A DNA stretch of 64,000 bases, from positions 24,969,732-25,033,731 of the forward strand of contig JASCQW010000156.1 of NCBI GenBank assembly GCA_030264375.1, in the 5' to 3' direction. Positions 62,872-64,000 of the stretch are shown here, one piece after another. The stretch's first letter is position 1, and each line of letters starts with the position of its first letter. This stretch comes from Carcharhinus longimanus (lineage: Eukaryota). The translations under genes and the position numbers were made by a program. Below the pieces are notes generated by a model that saw only the letters and a program-made list of their open reading frames with translations, made no database searches and was not told where the DNA came from.

Positions 62872-64000
62872 TAATTCCTAATTTATTTCATCCAGTGCCT
62901 TTATCTATTTGGCCTTTGGGGAGTTTCTATCCATTTAAAAACAAGAAAAATCTAAAGCATGAATTTTTAAAGATATGCTGCAAATGTTCATCATTATGCA
63001 GACACCAAACTGTACTTACAACATGGTACATCTCCTGAACTGGGTTCTCAGAGACTACCCCAACTTCTTGGTGTGAACAGAGTTCAGGGTTAATGCACAT
63101 AACACTCACTTTATGGGTGGCTGCAACAAAGTCCTACAAAGCAGATTTGTGCAAAAGAAGTATCACAATAAAATATACACAAAGATAGAGACCAAGAAAA
63201 AGTTTTTGGCCACCAACAATAGACACAAATTGATGACATCAAATCTATTTAACCTGGGTGTAAACAAAAGGATGATAAATAAAAACTTCAGAAAACAAAT
63301 AGTTTAAAAAACTTTATTGAGAAGTCACTGACATTTGCTTTCTTATCTGACTGGATACTGCAGATAATGTTTTTGGGACTTGCTGTATTGCTAAAGGGTT
63401 CACTATAAGTGGTACATGAGTTTCAAGGTTAGTACAGCAGCCATTGCTTTCAGCCTTCTTGGGAAGGCACTAGACTGCCAACCTGCTGGATTGCACCGGA
63501 GCCCTGGAAATAAGATTAATCTCCTGAACATTGCTGCAAGCAACCCAAGAAGGGTATTAAAAAAGTTGCGTTATTTATAAATTCTTTGAATGTATGTTTA
63601 TAAAGTTTTGGAGATTGGAAATAAAAACACTCTGATTGAGTGGGACATTTAAAATTATACAGTCACTTGATGAAACCTTCAGGAATATATCCAAGAGTTG
63701 GTGACTCAAAAAGTTCCAGAAAAACAAAATTAAATATGATTAAGCTAAATGATCCTTAGTTTCTTTCCAGTTGCATTTTAAAAACTCAGATGAAAGACTG
63801 AAAAGAAATGGAGAAAAAAAGTGTTACAGCTTTTTTGCCATACTGTTAAAGAACTGTAAATGATTTGAACTTTATGTTTAAGTGGGAAGTGGGAAAAGGA
63901 AAGAGAAAGAGAAAGACGACAGATGGGCATCGTGGAATATATTGGGGGAGAAAGAGATGAAATGAGATCAAAGCAGCCTTAAAGTTTTTTTGTTCTAGAG

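Larger units (their letters stand above)
11445..64000 (-). other. PRDM2: PRDM2 (RIZ1) gene, partial; 5' exons lie beyond the right edge of the window
   Basis: Four minus-strand exons with GT-AG boundaries join in one frame. They encode the PR-domain C-terminus (GEELLVWY) and a PRDM2-type array of eight zinc fingers. Confidence 0.95.

Noticed and set aside
1-64000. CRISPR arrays, prokaryotic operons, rRNA or viral genes
   Set aside because: I saw no regularly spaced repeat-spacer array or such coding regions; the window is vertebrate genic DNA.

Overview
Eukaryotic, repeat-rich DNA. The repeat content (HE1/V-SINE-like and DeuSINE-like SINEs, CR1, Rex1/Babar, Penelope) points to an elasmobranch (shark) genome. 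The window holds the 3' part of PRDM2 (RIZ1/KMT8A) on the minus strand. Its exons here are the last PR/SET-domain exon (54617-54743, 127 nt), a 111-nt linker exon (34496-34606), a 3935-nt exon with eight zinc fingers (16204-20138) and a probable terminal exon with a ~1.3-kb 3'UTR (12792 to ~11445). The splice phases join in frame, and I found no upstream PR exon inside the window. The rest is intron or downstream sequence with many retroelement fragments, TIR elements and three N gaps. I cannot demonstrate a wholly new biological system. The best leads are: (1) Penelope-derived minimal hammerhead ribozymes in PRDM2 introns, one with an intact core in pre-mRNA sense at 43417-43454; (2) apparent absence of the Rb-binding acidic/LxCxE-like region and of the RIZ2 start Met; (3) a duplicated intronic element with a 57/60-identical core; (4) a CpG-rich non-repeat island in the intron before the large exon; (5) a Rex1/Babar copy with twin-priming geometry. 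Repeat boundaries are approximate. Comparisons with human PRDM2 are from memory and need checking.
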